Origin: Cystobasidiomycetes sp. EMM_F5
Lineage: Eukaryota
DNA length: 64,000 nt
Assembly: GCA_051047955.1 (NCBI GenBank)
Contig: JBPGPT010000008.1
Coordinates: 434,001-498,000, forward strand
Direction: 5' to 3'
Both the position numbers and the translations under genes were made by a program. Of this stretch, positions 1 to 13,051 are shown piece by piece. Below the pieces are notes generated by a model. It did no database searches. It was given only the letters and a program-made list of their open reading frames with translations, and had not been told where the DNA came from. Numbering within the stretch: position 1 is the stretch's first letter; the number at the start of each line of letters is the position of its first letter.

Positions 1-1717
1 GGAGTGAGCAGCTTGTGCGATGATCCTTCGGAGACGTACTATCTCTTTTGTAAGGAATGCTCAACGAGTGAGTGCAGTGGTGTCCCTTCGAATATTGCCA
101 GAACTGTTCAACATAAAACACGAGATTAGCATAGTCAAACAAGCTGACCTACAATGACGGAACTTACATTTAAAGAATGGCGGTAGCAGGAGAAAGAGGA
201 GCATTAGGGCAACAGGTGGCAAGATGCCTTGTATTACGCCATTCAGAGGTGAAGGGAGCTGGCAAAGCCAAGCTAAGAAGTGCACCTTCGTGCACAGGTT
301 GGACACGTTTGAAATTGAAGTCACGAAAGCGACGGGAAAGGAGAAGAACAGACATGTGGCAAGGGTGATTGCCCAAGAGATCAATTGTCTCGCTTTTGCC
401 GCATAAGGATTGATAGAAAGCGTATGATTCCAGATAACGTCCTCCGGGTCCACATTGATGTATCGTCCAGACATGCGCAACGGCAAATCGTGAGCAAGAC
501 ACTGCGCAAACATGTGTGCGGCAATCTGGTCGTTGAAGAGAATGAAGGCTGACGACTTTGGCTTGAATGAGTTTCGGATATCAGATCGTTGACGATTGAT
601 TTCTTCGTTTGTCGCGGCGAGCTCCTCGGTCGCCCAGTCGATGGTGTCCACCTTCTTGCCTGTGATGTAAGGAATCTTCCCACCCACTCGAGTAGTAGGG
701 CGCTGTTTCTCCGTAATGTACTTCATGAGTATTGGAGAATTGGACGTGTGCGACGCTGCTTTTTCGGCATCCGGGCCATCACAGGACGACTGTGGATCCG
801 GAAGAGGCTTCTTCTTTCTGACGAGCTTGTTTGCCAATTTGATGAGACTGTTGTTTGCGCTCTCTAGCTTTTTGGCAGCCTTGATGCGCCTGTCGTACAC
901 ATCCTGCAGGTCGCCCACGTCCCTTGCCAACCATATCTTTCTGACCCCGCCGGGAAGGTAGTCTGTGAGTTCTTGCAGCCTTTCCATTGTACAGTAGTCA
1001 TCGGGAATTCCAGTCAACAATACCGTACGAGATTGCGGACGGGTCGACCAGTCTTTGGAAGTCAGAAAATCCTGTCGTCGTTTGACAAACTCGCCATACT
1101 CTCGTCTGATCATGTAGAGGATATAGAATGTGCAAGTCCAGGATAGGAGCAGCGGTGCCCACAGACGCGCTTGCTGGTCTGTCCCGACCATTCCGAATGT
1201 GAAGATATTCATTCCCATATTGTTGGCAGTGGAAGTGCCATAGACTGGAAGCAGAATGACCCATGTAAGACACTGCGGTTGTTGAAGCATTTCAGCCAGA
1301 TTTTCACTCCCACACAACGAAACTGACTGCAATGGGCAAAAAGATCTTGACCAGTAACTTGAGGAAGCGGACAAAGAGGTAAGCGTCGAGCCCATTAACG
1401 CGAACGATATCCTCATCATCTGCTGTGAGGACTGCTGGCAGAAATCTGAATGGACTGCGGGGCAAGGGTGGCTGCCGCTTCTCTTCGATTGGCAGATCCA
1501 CCCTGGGCTGATATATCCTCGGGAAGCCATTGCGGATGATTAGGAATGCTGCGAGTTCAATACCGGCGATGGCTGCGTTCAGTACGAGTGCACTGAGAAA
1601 GGTCTGTTGGTTTACGAGTGAGTCAGTGCACGTGCCCCTGCATCCAGCCATCCACAACAAGCTCACCTCTGTCGACTTTGACGTTGCTTCCTGTGCGTTT
1701 GTCGTGTCGGTCGACAT
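1..1717 (-). CDS. OSCA/TMEM63 (CSC1/RSN1/PHM7-like) calcium-permeable stress-gated channel, copy 1; 3' part runs off the window
   Basis: Spliced MSTDTTNAQEATSKSTE|TFLSALVLNAAIAGIELAAFLIIR...RIYQPR...NGLDAYLFVRFLKL; SRTVLLTGIP; GKKVDTIDWA; SAFILFNDQIAAH; PVAFVTSISNV; GILPPVAL are RSN1_TM/PHM7_cyt/RSN1_7TM motifs. Confidence 0.93.
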
Positions 1718-2387
1718 GTTGTCCTGCGACCAGTATATGATACTAACGCGCCAGTCTAGAATATCAACAATCTCGATGCCGTCTTTTTGTCTGACCGACG
1801 TCAATGTCGCCGTACAGAGCTTTTGACAGCGGTCCGACCAGATGACGGGGATGGATGTCGAATATGGATGGTGTACCCTCGTCAAGGCCAATATCTCGTG
1901 CTCAGCTTCCGGGCGTACAGTGTTTACGCCGTGTAAACAAGGTCTGGCCTCGCCATGAAAGTCTACGGCAGGAATGCAATAAACTGCGACATGCCAGCGC
2001 CAAAGTATCGACTCGGGATGCTGGATAGGACTCCAAGAGTGCAGCCAGCTGTGACGGTGTCAATGATGTTGCTGGTCTCAGATTGTCAAAGCTCAGAAAC
2101 GGCAACTTGTTTGTATGCGGAAAATACAGCAAGCCATCGTCTTCCAATAGCAAAGACATCAATGTCCAATATGCAGAGTATGCATGCATGCATTGCAGAT
2201 GGATGATAAGCTAACGCTCGTGTATAAGTGCTACTAGAAATATAACGACACGATTATGAAAATGTAAAGTGCGGGTCATAGTGACGCGTAAAGGGCAGGC
2301 GGGCCGTGGCATAGGCTACGCTAGCGTTGCACTGAATCTGCAGGGTATAGCATCGGAGTTTCACGTCGTGTCAGTCGTGGGCGAAGA

Positions 2388-5300
2388 CTACTCGAAGCCC
2401 TGGCCGGGCAGGGTGTTGCGAGTCACGTCAATCTTGCCCTTCTCGTTGATAGTAGCATCCTCGTCCGTCATGTCGACTCCTCCAGCTTTGGCATTCGCGA
2501 CAGCCTCCTGTGAGAGACCAAGAGAGTCGTGCGGAAGCCACTTTACACACACGCATTATGATCAGCGTGTGCTCTACAACCTGTCATACACCGAAATATG
2601 ACTCACAAGCATCGGCTGTGGTTTCCAGAGAGCAGGATGGTGGAAAGCATGATCGTGCATGTCGCTCAGCTCCTCGTAGTCCTCTCCCGTTCTAGCGCGC
2701 TCGGCATGTCCATCTAATCGCGTAGTGTCCGAGTCTGATCTGCCCAAATCCTGAGACTGCGGCGCAGCAAGCTGGTCGCCAACAGGCAGTGCAGCTGAGA
2801 ATCCCGCATTGTTTGCATCGAAAGCGCTGCCGGCAGTAGCGGCGTGCGTTGCCGAGTGATGAGCAGTGTTGTTCGAGTCTGTAGGATGCAGCATGCTCGA
2901 ATGTCCAGGTCCGTCAGCTGCCTTGCCATCGTCGAGGGTGCGTACGACCGCTTGGGGATTCTCCTTGCCCGCACCGACGACACCGTTCTGGAACCCAGCC
3001 TGTCGCTCAGCAGCCATCTCCTGTGCATATCGCTTCTCATTTGCATTCATCTCGTCGGCCATCGAGTCGGGAAGGTACTCTACATGTCGGCCATACTTGA
3101 AGTGCAGGAAGATTTGGAATGCAATGGTAAACAAGAGGAGGACGACAGAGAGGACGCCCTGTGGAATAGCAGACAGGCCATTTCCAGTGTTTCTAGCTAG
3201 GAAAAAGAGGCCAGTCCTGCGCAAACATGTGCGTCAGTCAAGGGTCTACCCGGGAGTGGACAATATACGCACAAACACAGCAGCTGAATATAGATACCCG
3301 CAAACATCTGGTTGAGCGCAGTCTTGAAATGCAGACCAGCCGTCTCGCGTGATGCGGGCTGGTCAAATATCCAGAGGAAGCCATACTTAAACATGAACTA
3401 CAGTTCATCGTTCTTCAGTATCAGTATAGAGGTCGGTTCACCTGGGCATGGAACACTCACATAGTAGAGTCCAAAGGTAAGAGACTGCATTTCAGGACAG
3501 CCACTGATTTCAGCGTCTCTTGGGTCTCATATTGTTAAACGACAGGAGACGTACCGCAAAGCCAGCGACAAGGGGGGCAATAGTGCTATACGATATAGCA
3601 ATAACAACTAGCAGTAATTGGGCAGGGTATGCCTGTCCAAATTTGACATCTGGCATCGTGTACTTGATCTTCCATAACGCTCTTGGTGAACCGCCAAGGA
3701 GGATGACCTTGACGTAGTAGATGACGAGCTTTGCAATCTGTCATTGTCACAGAGCCAAAGTATGGCATCAGACATCGTCTGATCAACTCAATGTATCAGC
3801 TACTGTAGCATACCTGTAGTATACCACCAGCGGCGCCAGAGAGACCACTCGTAACAATAAGTGTCAAGAAGAAGATGGACGCTTTTGGCAAGTTTTGAGC
3901 TAGGAGCGACACAGTCGAACCTGGATCATTTGTGATTTGCGTAATGCCAGCCATGATGCCTGAGGCAAGCGTAGCGACGATAAATCCCTGCACAAAGAGG
4001 AATGCAAAGCTGTAAATAGCGGTGGAGGAAGAGGCACAATTTAATCTTAAGACAGGGATATGGCAAAAAGCGGGGAAAATGTCTTCAAGACCTACTATCG
4101 TTTCTGAAGGGACAGCTCAACCCGGGAGTGGAGTGGAGTACCTTGGAAGACAGCAAGAACTGAATGTGCGAGGTCTGTCAGTCTGGAATCGTAAGATCTC
4201 GACTATAAATACTCACATCTGAAGAAGGGCGGAAGGAGCATAAAGAGAAGGGCAAGCACGACTGGCGGGAGTACGCCTTGCAAAATTCCATTCACAGGTG
4301 TAGGGAGCTGACACAGCCATGACAACCAAGACACCTTTGTGCAAAGGTTAGAGACGTTGGAAATGCTTGTAACAAAGGCGGTAATGATAGACTGGATGAA
4401 ACAGAATGGATGAGTGACCAGCGCCAACCGCCAGCATGACGAGACTCACCCAAAACACAATAACCGCGACGGTAATGGAGATGGAAATGATTTTGCGAAC
4501 CTTTGCTGCATACCCGTTGATGGACAGTGTACGATTCCAAATGACATCATCCGGGTTGACGTCTGTAAACCTTGCCGCGAGTCTGAGTGGTAGATCCTTT
4601 GGCGATTTACCCTTTCCGAGCGTTCTCGCAAACATGTGTGCAGTAATCTGGTCGTTAAACAGGATAAAAGCTGCCGACTTTGGCTGGAATGAGCCTTGGA
4701 TATCAGATCGTCGTGTTTCCAACTCTTCAGTCGTCTTGGAAATCTCTTCCGTCGCCCAATCAATCGTATCGACCTTTTTACCGGTAATGAATGGAATCTT
4801 TCCGCCGACTCTAGCTGTCGGTCGCTTCTTTTCCGCCACATACTTCATCAGCGTCGGAGCGGTGGAAGCGTGGGATGATCCTGCCTTTTCGGTGTCGGCA
4901 GATTCAGTACCTGGCAGAGGTTTATTCTTTCTGACGAGTTTTGCAGCCAGCTTGATGAGCTTGACGTGTGCCTTTTCTAGCTTCTTTCCGGCCTTTATAC
5001 GGCGATCATAGACGTCTTGTAGGTCGCCTACGTCCCTCGCTAGCCATATCTTGCGTACTCCGCCGGGAAGATGTGCGGTGAGCTCGTGCAGCTTGTCCAT
5101 CGAGCAGTATCCGTTGGGTATGCCAGTGACGAGGACTGTGCGCGACTGTGGCCGGGTAGACCAGTCTTTCGACGTGAGAAACTCGCGTCTGTGGCCGATG
5201 AATCGGCCATACTCGCGGTAAATCATAAAGAGGGCGTAGAGTGTGCAGGCCCACGACAGGATGAGGGGAGCCCACAGCCTCGCCTGCTGATCTGTGCCGA

Positions 5301-5807
5301 CATTTCCAAACACAAATATATTCATCCCCTCGTTTCTGCCAGTCGAGGTGCCATAGACGGGGAGGAGGACAATCCACGTCACGATTGCAATGGGGAGGAA
5401 AATTTCGATGAGGAGCTTGATGAAGCGGACAAAGAGGTAGGCGTCTAGGCCATTCACCCGGACGATATCCCTCGGGTCTGCGCGTATGACTGCGGGTATG
5501 ATGTCGAATGTCCTGCGGGGCAGAGGCTCCTGACGCTTCCCCTCGCTCGGGAGGTCGACACGAGGTTGATAGATGCGAGGGAACCCATTGCGGATGGCGA
5601 GGAATGCTGCGAGCTCGATGCCAGCAATGGCTGCGTTGAGTACGAGGGCGCTGATGAAGGTCTGTGCATTGTAATGGTGAGTAGTATGTGTTGTAGTAAT
5701 ACTGTCAGTATACGTTGTAACAACATTGTGCTGTGTTTATTGTAAATTGCACCCACCTGCGTCGACTTGGAAGATGCCTCCTGCGCGTTGGTGGTGTTTG
5801 TCGACAT
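2388..5807 (-). CDS. OSCA/TMEM63 (CSC1/RSN1/PHM7-like) channel, copy 2, complete multi-exon gene
   Basis: Same motifs as copy 1 plus LAQNLPKASIFFLT, ETAGLHFKTALNQMFAGIY and C-terminal HPALWKPQPML|WLPHDSLGLSQEAV...LPGQGFE* (stop at 2388-2390). Confidence 0.93.
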
Positions 5808-6179
5808 GTCTGGTGATGTCTGATTATGTCAGCCTCCCTGTCGCAGTAGTCTGCGCAGAGCCAACCTCTGTCCTGTCCTGTATTCCAATTTGCACACTCC
5901 CCCTGACGCCCCCGGTTCAACTGACGCGTGCCTGGAATGACGTCTACGGTGACGGCGGGTCTGTGCGTCGAGGAGGTCTGTGCGCTGACTGCTCTATATA
6001 CTCTGCAAGTACAACTATAACGTCCACTTCAATCCCCCTTGCACTCCCCTCTCCTCCCCTTCCATATTCACACTCCTCGTGTTGATGTTTACTCGTCAGG
6101 CACGGCGCGTACATGGAATGAAAACTGAAATAGACGTGCAGAGTCATGACATGTTACAACACTGCACTCGTACATGCAA

Positions 6180-6199
6180 TACATACACACACACACACA
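6180..6199. repeat. Short (CA)n microsatellite
   Basis: acatacacacacacacaca. Confidence 0.6.
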
Positions 6200-6206
6200 T
6201 CCTCCA

Positions 6207-9087
6207 TCACCACGTCCGACGACGCTTGCACGTCGGAGCAGACAAATCACACATGCTCTGCATAAACTCATCCACCCTCACATGCTCACTCACATCGCCC
6301 TCCTCGCAGCCATACCCCGAATCATGACCGTACGAGTAGTCCTCGTTGTCGACCACACCGGCCTTGCGCTTGCTCGACAGACAAGGCACGGCAATGTCAA
6401 CCCCGCTCTCCTCATCCCCGTTCGCCATGGCTTCGTCGGTAAGGTACTGGAAAATGTCAATGTCGGCGTCCGTGTTGGCGTCGACATCGGCGGCGCAAGG
6501 TGAGGGCATCGCAGTATCCACCCCTTGATCTGTAGCATTCTCGTCCTCCTCTGTAACGGCAGCGAGGATACTCTGCGACGCAGAGGGATAGTCTGATGGG
6601 CGGAAAGGAGAGACATTCTTGTCCTCCTCTGTGACGGCAGCGAGAATACTCTGCGATGCAGAAGGATACACCGTCTTATTCAAGACACTCGAGACATAGC
6701 CATCCCCGATCTTGTTCATATACCGCGACGGCAGACGCGCAACAGGTAATTGCCGATCGTTCTCCGTCGGCGCAGAGACACGGCCTGGATAGTGTCCCCT
6801 TAGCGGATATGAATACTTGGATGACGAGGTCGCCAATGTTGGGGCACTGCTGCCAGGAGGGCGAAGAAGCGTCTGTGATGGATCAATAGTATATGGGGTA
6901 GCCTTCTTTGCCATTACAAGACGTGCCGACGACTTGGGAAACACATGCACGCCAGGTCTTCTGCGTGCAGGTGTACGAACCATAGGCACTGCACTTGGGA
7001 CAGCAGTGAGTGGAGCGGGAGGAGTCTGCGAAATAGACAAATCATCGGTGTACGCGTACGGCGACGTCGGAGTAAAGGATGACGACGAAAATGAGACTGT
7101 CGATTCTGACTCCGTTGCCTTGTTGGACACACGAACGACTGTCAGCAGAGACGCTTCGACATCAATATCTTGGAGATTGCCATCCTGCGAAAAGATGGTC
7201 GGACTTTCCGACCGATAGCTTGACGTATACGCATATTCTGACTCGAGATGGTTGCGAGCCCACTCTGCTTCGAGTTCATCTGCACTTGGCCTTGGGAACC
7301 GCCTCGCGCACCGCAAGATGGCGTCAAATGCTAGAAGCTTGTAGCGCCGGCTTGTCGCGTAAATTGGATACGTAGGATCAAAGAATTTCTCTCGACGGGG
7401 ATAGACTTTCCGAATTTTATCCTCGAAAATGAGTGTACGATAGCGAACAGAGCCGCAATTGATTGTTGTATGCCGACGCATGAGGTCTGCATGTTCCCGC
7501 CGCGCGTAGCCCGTGGACCGCCTCGATACCCTGTTCGATAACCCTATCATCACCAGACGTCAGCAAGACGTCGAGCAACCAGCTTGAATGCTCAACTCAC
7601 TTGATGCACGAGAGCGCCATATCAAGGTCCTCGAGCTGCTCCTCAACACGATCACTGACCTCGTCAGATAGGATGATACCACGAGCATCAAGGGAAGGAG
7701 GACGAAGGAAATCGTCCAAATCGCCCGTCGACATGTCGTGGAGTATGTCAATCTGCATATCCTCGTCTTCACCTTCATCCTCATCGCAGACCTCGTCCAT
7801 GTCGACGGAACCCTCTCGGCTGGTGTCGGGCGTCACCTCCTGTGAGCTGGGTTGCGAATCGGTCTCATCGGGTGGAGAGTCGACAGACTGTGATTCATTG
7901 ACTGTAGTGTCCACGATCCTCTCGGATTGGACCTCACTAGCAATGCTGAAGGCATCACTTACAGTCACCGCAGGGTTGGATACGAAATCTCCTGCAGAAA
8001 TTGGGACGCGACTCAGGGGCGAGCTCTTGAAGACCTTGAACTTGGGCTTGACAGGAAGAACGTCGTCTTCAGCGGTATTCGATGCTAGACGAGCCTTGTC
8101 AGCATTGCTGATACGAGCTCTAGAGAGTAGCGAGCCAATGGTCGCGGCATCGATACCAACGAAGGGCATGGACCATTCTCCCAGCTGTGGTCGAGACACA
8201 TGTCAGCTGCTGGCTGTGCTTGTAGCGGATAAGAAGATACTCACCTCGGGATCGAGGGTCTTCGACTCGCGGCATATAAGCTCTGCAACCTCCTTTGAGC
8301 AGCCGAGAGCGTCACGAATCATGCTCTCGTGGCGTTCATACATGCCATAGAGGACGGAAGTTGCGGGAAATACATTGGCCGCTTGAAGGTGGGGAACGAC
8401 GACTCGGCCGAAGAGCTGTTGCATCAAGCCGAGGATGCCTTTCTCCAGCCGTATTCCAGGGGTGACGATGCCGTCCCGGGTGTATCGATTGATAGTAGCG
8501 GCAATCCTATACGTAAGGGGCATAGAGTGGAGCGTGAGAAAGTGGAGGTGAGCCTGTATACACGACATACAAGACGGAGAGAAATGAGACGCACTTGGAC
8601 AGGATATAGGGAGGGGCGTGGAGGACGTGAGCTGGTTCCTCGGTGTGCATAACGCGGTGTACAGTAACCTTGCCAGTCGTGTAGTTGAGCGTGATATTGT
8701 CTACGACAAAATGATGCCATATGGCTCTGAGGTGCGCACATTGGTGTGAAAAGGGACGACGAGGGAGGGTACATGCGTCAGTAAGTGTAAGCCGGAGTCA
8801 AAAGCCACCCAGAGTTGGCGAGGCACTATTTCGTACCTGTCGTGGCGAAGGGTAGACCCGTTCCATTTCTGAAGGTGGATCCATTTGTCGAGCACCCTGT
8901 CTTCTCTTCCTGCGTGTTCCACGACACACATATGCGGAACGTCGCCCTTCCTACGAATAATCTGCTTCTCTGCCATCGGAAACTCGATACCTCCTTCCCA
9001 CACCTGGATGTCGTCGCCGTCGACGATGATGTACTTGATGATGGGTCGTCGTAGTGCATTATGAGGTAGGTGAACGAGCTTGTCCAT
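6207..9087 (-). CDS. Large hypothetical (orphan) multi-exon protein with an acidic, Ser-rich C-terminal half and a basic C-terminal tail (CKRRRTW); 5' end uncertain
   Basis: ORFs 8701-9087, 8203-8568, 7597-8199 and 6207-7553 can be joined in frame by GT-AG introns with branch-like sites; internal repeat diverged mainly at synonymous sites; no recognisable domain. Confidence 0.6.
6536..6668. repeat. Two-copy direct repeat (about 55-bp unit, 78-bp period) encoding YPSASQSILAAVTEED[K/E]N
   Basis: Units 6536-6590 and 6614-6668 differ at 5 positions. Confidence 0.92.
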
Positions 9088-9685
9088 GTTGGAGTGGAAA
9101 GCGTCGACTCTTGCAGGGCGCGTTCAGGGGTGATTCTGAAGGGGTAACACCAGAAAAATGAGACTCAACACTGAACGAAGACAGCTGCACGTACACTGAT
9201 GTACCACTTGCTGATGATGTAGTGCTGCTACTGCTGCTTGCCTGTGTTTTGCAAGATGTTGGGTGTCGAAGTTGGATGGGAGTGGAGCAGAAACGGTCAG
9301 ATCAGTTTGGGGGCGGAAAGTGGGAGTCGGAAACAACAAAGTCGCGACAACGCGACGCGATCGGAGAGAAGCACGTAAGGAGCACAGAGAACCATCAGCA
9401 GACGGTGAAGAGGTGTGAACAAGCTGGCAGCTGGCTGGATTTCCATCAGCTGCGATCTGGAAGGACGGGATGGCATCGATGTTCTCGCGAGGCCAAGTCT
9501 GGGACGGCGCATATCGGATACACGCGCATTGACATGACCTGTAGAGACTGATACACTAGACTGCCTTGCAGATTACCATTGGAAGGCTGATCCGCCTTTT
9601 CCAGTACTGGCCGGCCGCTGATTCTATGGACTACCACGATGGGCATTTTGATCCGTATGAGATGCGGAATATCATGAAAATTACT

Positions 9686-11249
9686 CTAGAGCTCCTCGAT
9701 GGGTGGAGTAGGACCGACCTGCACGCACAAATCCCCCTCAGTCCCCACTCCGCACAGCGGACGTCTGCAACTCACAGGAACGATGCGGGTCGGATTAATC
9801 TGCGGATGACTGGTGTAATAGTGAATCTGATGACGTTGAAGCACATTAGACACTGCATCTGCCAATTTTTCCCCGCAATCGAACGGCAATGCGACGCACC
9901 TTGATGTGGTGGAAATCGGTATCATCCTTGAAGGCCGCATCCTTCCAATACAGCTGCTTGAGCCATCGATTAAGCTCTGGATAATCGTGGCGGATGCTGC
10001 CAGTGCACTTGAAGTGAGACGCGTAAACTGGATCGTAACGAACGATTGTCGTATACAAGCGGATATCGGCTTCGGTCAGCGTATCGCCAACGAGGTAGTC
10101 TTTGCCTTTCAGCACCCCTTCAAGGCGTTGGAGAGACTCGTGAAGTGGGCTAAAAGCGCCTTCGTAAGCTTCTTGGGTGCTGGCGAAACCGCACCGGTAT
10201 ACGCCTAGAAGCATCAGTCAAGCCGTGCTCAGCATTCGATACCGACAAGACGGAAGATGCAAAGAATGTCTACTGACCATTATTGACTGTCGGGTAGACC
10301 CAGTCGTTGAGTTCATCAATTTCCTTGCGCAGCTTCTCGGGATAAAATGTGAGTCCCTTGTACTTTTCCTCAATCAGATCATCAAAGGCTGTATTGAACA
10401 TTCTGATGATTTCCGAGCTCTCGTTGTTGACAATGAATTCAGTCTTGTTGTCCCATAGGACTGGAACAGTGAATCGACCGCTGTAATCGGACTCTGCCTT
10501 GAAGTAAATGTCTCGCAATCTTTCCACGCCGTAGGGCGCTTCTTTGGGTGGAGTCCAGTTTGGCATACCGCTCTTGGGCTCTCCTTGGCCTTCATAAAAC
10601 TCGCCTGTATGTAAGGAGTCAACGACTGAGTGTCAGAACAGCCGATCTCTCCGCAAAATGAGACTTTGTGCTTACCAGAAAAAGTCCACCCATTTTTTGC
10701 CATATGGGGATGAACGGTGAAGACATCTGTGACATGTGTACGTTGTTCAGCAGTTGTAACAGTCTTGGAAGCCAAACGAACTGACCGATGAGCTTTTCGA
10801 GACCTTTGAGCTTTCGGACGATCAGTGTACGATGAGCCCATGGACACGCCAGCGATACAATGAGGGAGTAACGACCCTTCTCTGGAGGATACTCGCCGCC
10901 CTTCTTGATTTCCTTTCTGAATGTGCTGGGTTGTCTCTTGAACTCGCCTCCTGCATGGCCACGCCATTCCAGGGGCAATTCATGCATGAATCTCTGTCAG
11001 CCGTGTGCAGGATTGCTGTGTTGCCCTTCCTCACCATCCTTGTTTTTATGTGACCAGCCAGTGATGTCGCTCTGAGCATCCTGTAGGCGACACCTCGGTC
11101 AGCCAATTCTGCGCGACAACCTTGATGATCCTGCTGACCTTGCCCGACATGGTTGCTCGACTTGTCGATATTGGTCTGATAATTGCAGGAATATGGGCAA
11201 GTCTACGATGGCCAGACAGTGGGCGAAACGCAGAAGGACAGATGCGCAT
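9686..11249 (-). CDS. ECM4: Glutathionyl-hydroquinone reductase / omega-like (Xi-class) glutathione transferase; second in-frame ATG at 11150
   Basis: GEFKRQPSTFR, ACPWAHRTLIVRKLKGLE (CPWA active site), YSGRFTVPVLWD, IVNNESSEIIRMFN, LTEADIRLYTTIVRYDPVY, HYYTSHPQINPTRIVP|VGP. Confidence 0.93.
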
Positions 11250-11348
11250 CACACATCAAAGAGCCGCATCTTTTGTGAATGATGACACTGACCACAGACC
11301 TCCCAGAAATTACCATACATGGTAAGCTAATTCACAGGGTTTAAACTC

Positions 11349-12739
11349 TCAATGATGCCCAGAGATCGCATGCGGAAGATACGCTTCCTCAAGGTACTTC
11401 TCCTCGTCCGCACTGAGCGTGACCTTTTGCGCTTCCAGCGCCTCCATCATCCTCTCCACACTCGAAAAGCCGACTATCGGGCTGGAGACGCGCTTGTTGA
11501 TCCACGCCAGAGCAACCTGCCCCATCGTGCAGTTGTGCTTCTTGGCAAGCTCCTCTACTCGCCCGATGATCACATCCTCCGCCTTGTGATTGTGCTCAGA
11601 GCCTCCACTAATGTGTTGCTTGTCTTTCGTTTCACCCCGGGCGGTCTTGCTGAGATCGGACGCAGGACGCGCCAGACTACCGGCTGCTAGTGGGCCCTGG
11701 AATACACGTAAATTGCCCGATGTAAACAGCCAGTCTGTACATTGATGCTCACCCAGGGAATTAATCCGACGCCGGTGTAATTGCAATAGGCATTGACTTC
11801 CCGCTCTTCTTCGCGGTATAGAAGACTGTCTGTAGACGGGTGACCACTTTAGCTCGACTGGATGCTGCCAATATCTTACTGTCTCACAATGGTTCTGCAT
11901 CGAGATGAACTTGGTCCATCCGTTCTTCTCCGCACAGTTTTGCATCATCTCAAACTAGATGAGGAAAGTCAACTCACTCATCGAGGAATCATTGGAATAG
12001 CATTTTGTCTCACCTGCCACGCGAAGCACGAGGACATGCCTGCAAGGAGAATTGTCAGCTGTCACCCGTCAAATGTGCATCGATACGGCATACCAATGTA
12101 CCGAACCTTGCCGCTCCGTACAAGGTCATTAAGAGCTGACATTGTCTCTTCAATTGGCGTCGTTGGGTCGAATCGGTGGCACTGCGATGTTGTATCAGTG
12201 AGAATTAGTCTGTAGCAGCTCGAGCTTCGATGCACACCTGGAGGAGGTCAATATACTTCATGTCTAGTCTTTCAAGACTGGCTTCCACAGCATTGAAGAT
12301 GGCAGCCCGAGATAGACCGTGCTGGTTGACGTAGTCTTTGTTTGTGTCATCGCGGATGGTATCTGCTTTGATCTCGAGGGTTTCTCCGATGGGATTGAAA
12401 CATTTTGTCATAATGATGAGCTTGTGTCGGGGGAGATTGTACTTCTTGACTGCCTTGCCAATGATCTTTTCAGACTCTCCGTTGCTGTAAATGTTAGCAG
12501 TATCCCAGCTAGTGATCCCGAGATCATAGGCGGCTTTGAGGAGCGGGAGTGCTCTGTTGAGGGGAGTTGGCGTCAGCGATTCTACCCTCCCTCGGATGCC
12601 ATTAATGCACACACTCTTCCTCTTCTATACACCAGGGAATGCTCTTCTTGGATCCTATCGACATGGCACCCAGGATTGGCACCGACACTCGGAGACCACT
12701 CTTCCCGAGCTGGCGATACTGGGCTTTCGAAGAAGACAT
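11349..12739 (-). CDS. Aldo-keto reductase (aryl-alcohol dehydrogenase-like)
   Basis: [83 protein letters not shown]. Confidence 0.93.
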
Positions 12740-13051
12740 GGCTATAAGGAAGGTGTCAAATGTTGGTTGGAGATAGAACAGCAGGTCAATTGCACAGAAG
12801 ATGCGAGCCAAGTGGATGCTAGTCCGTCTTCATATGCCGACGCCACCGACGTCCTCCGAAAATGAGCGGGGACTTTTACGAGGTCAAGCCTCACAAAGCC
12901 TCCAGGTCGCTTTGCTTTCCAAGCGAACAACGACGTCAAGTAAGTCTCTACATACAGGCAAGTGAACAAAGGTAGGTAGCCCTACAGAAAGACGAAAGAT
13001 AGTGTATTTATACACACGCCGGGCGCTGTCCATTTTCATTTCATAGCTTCG

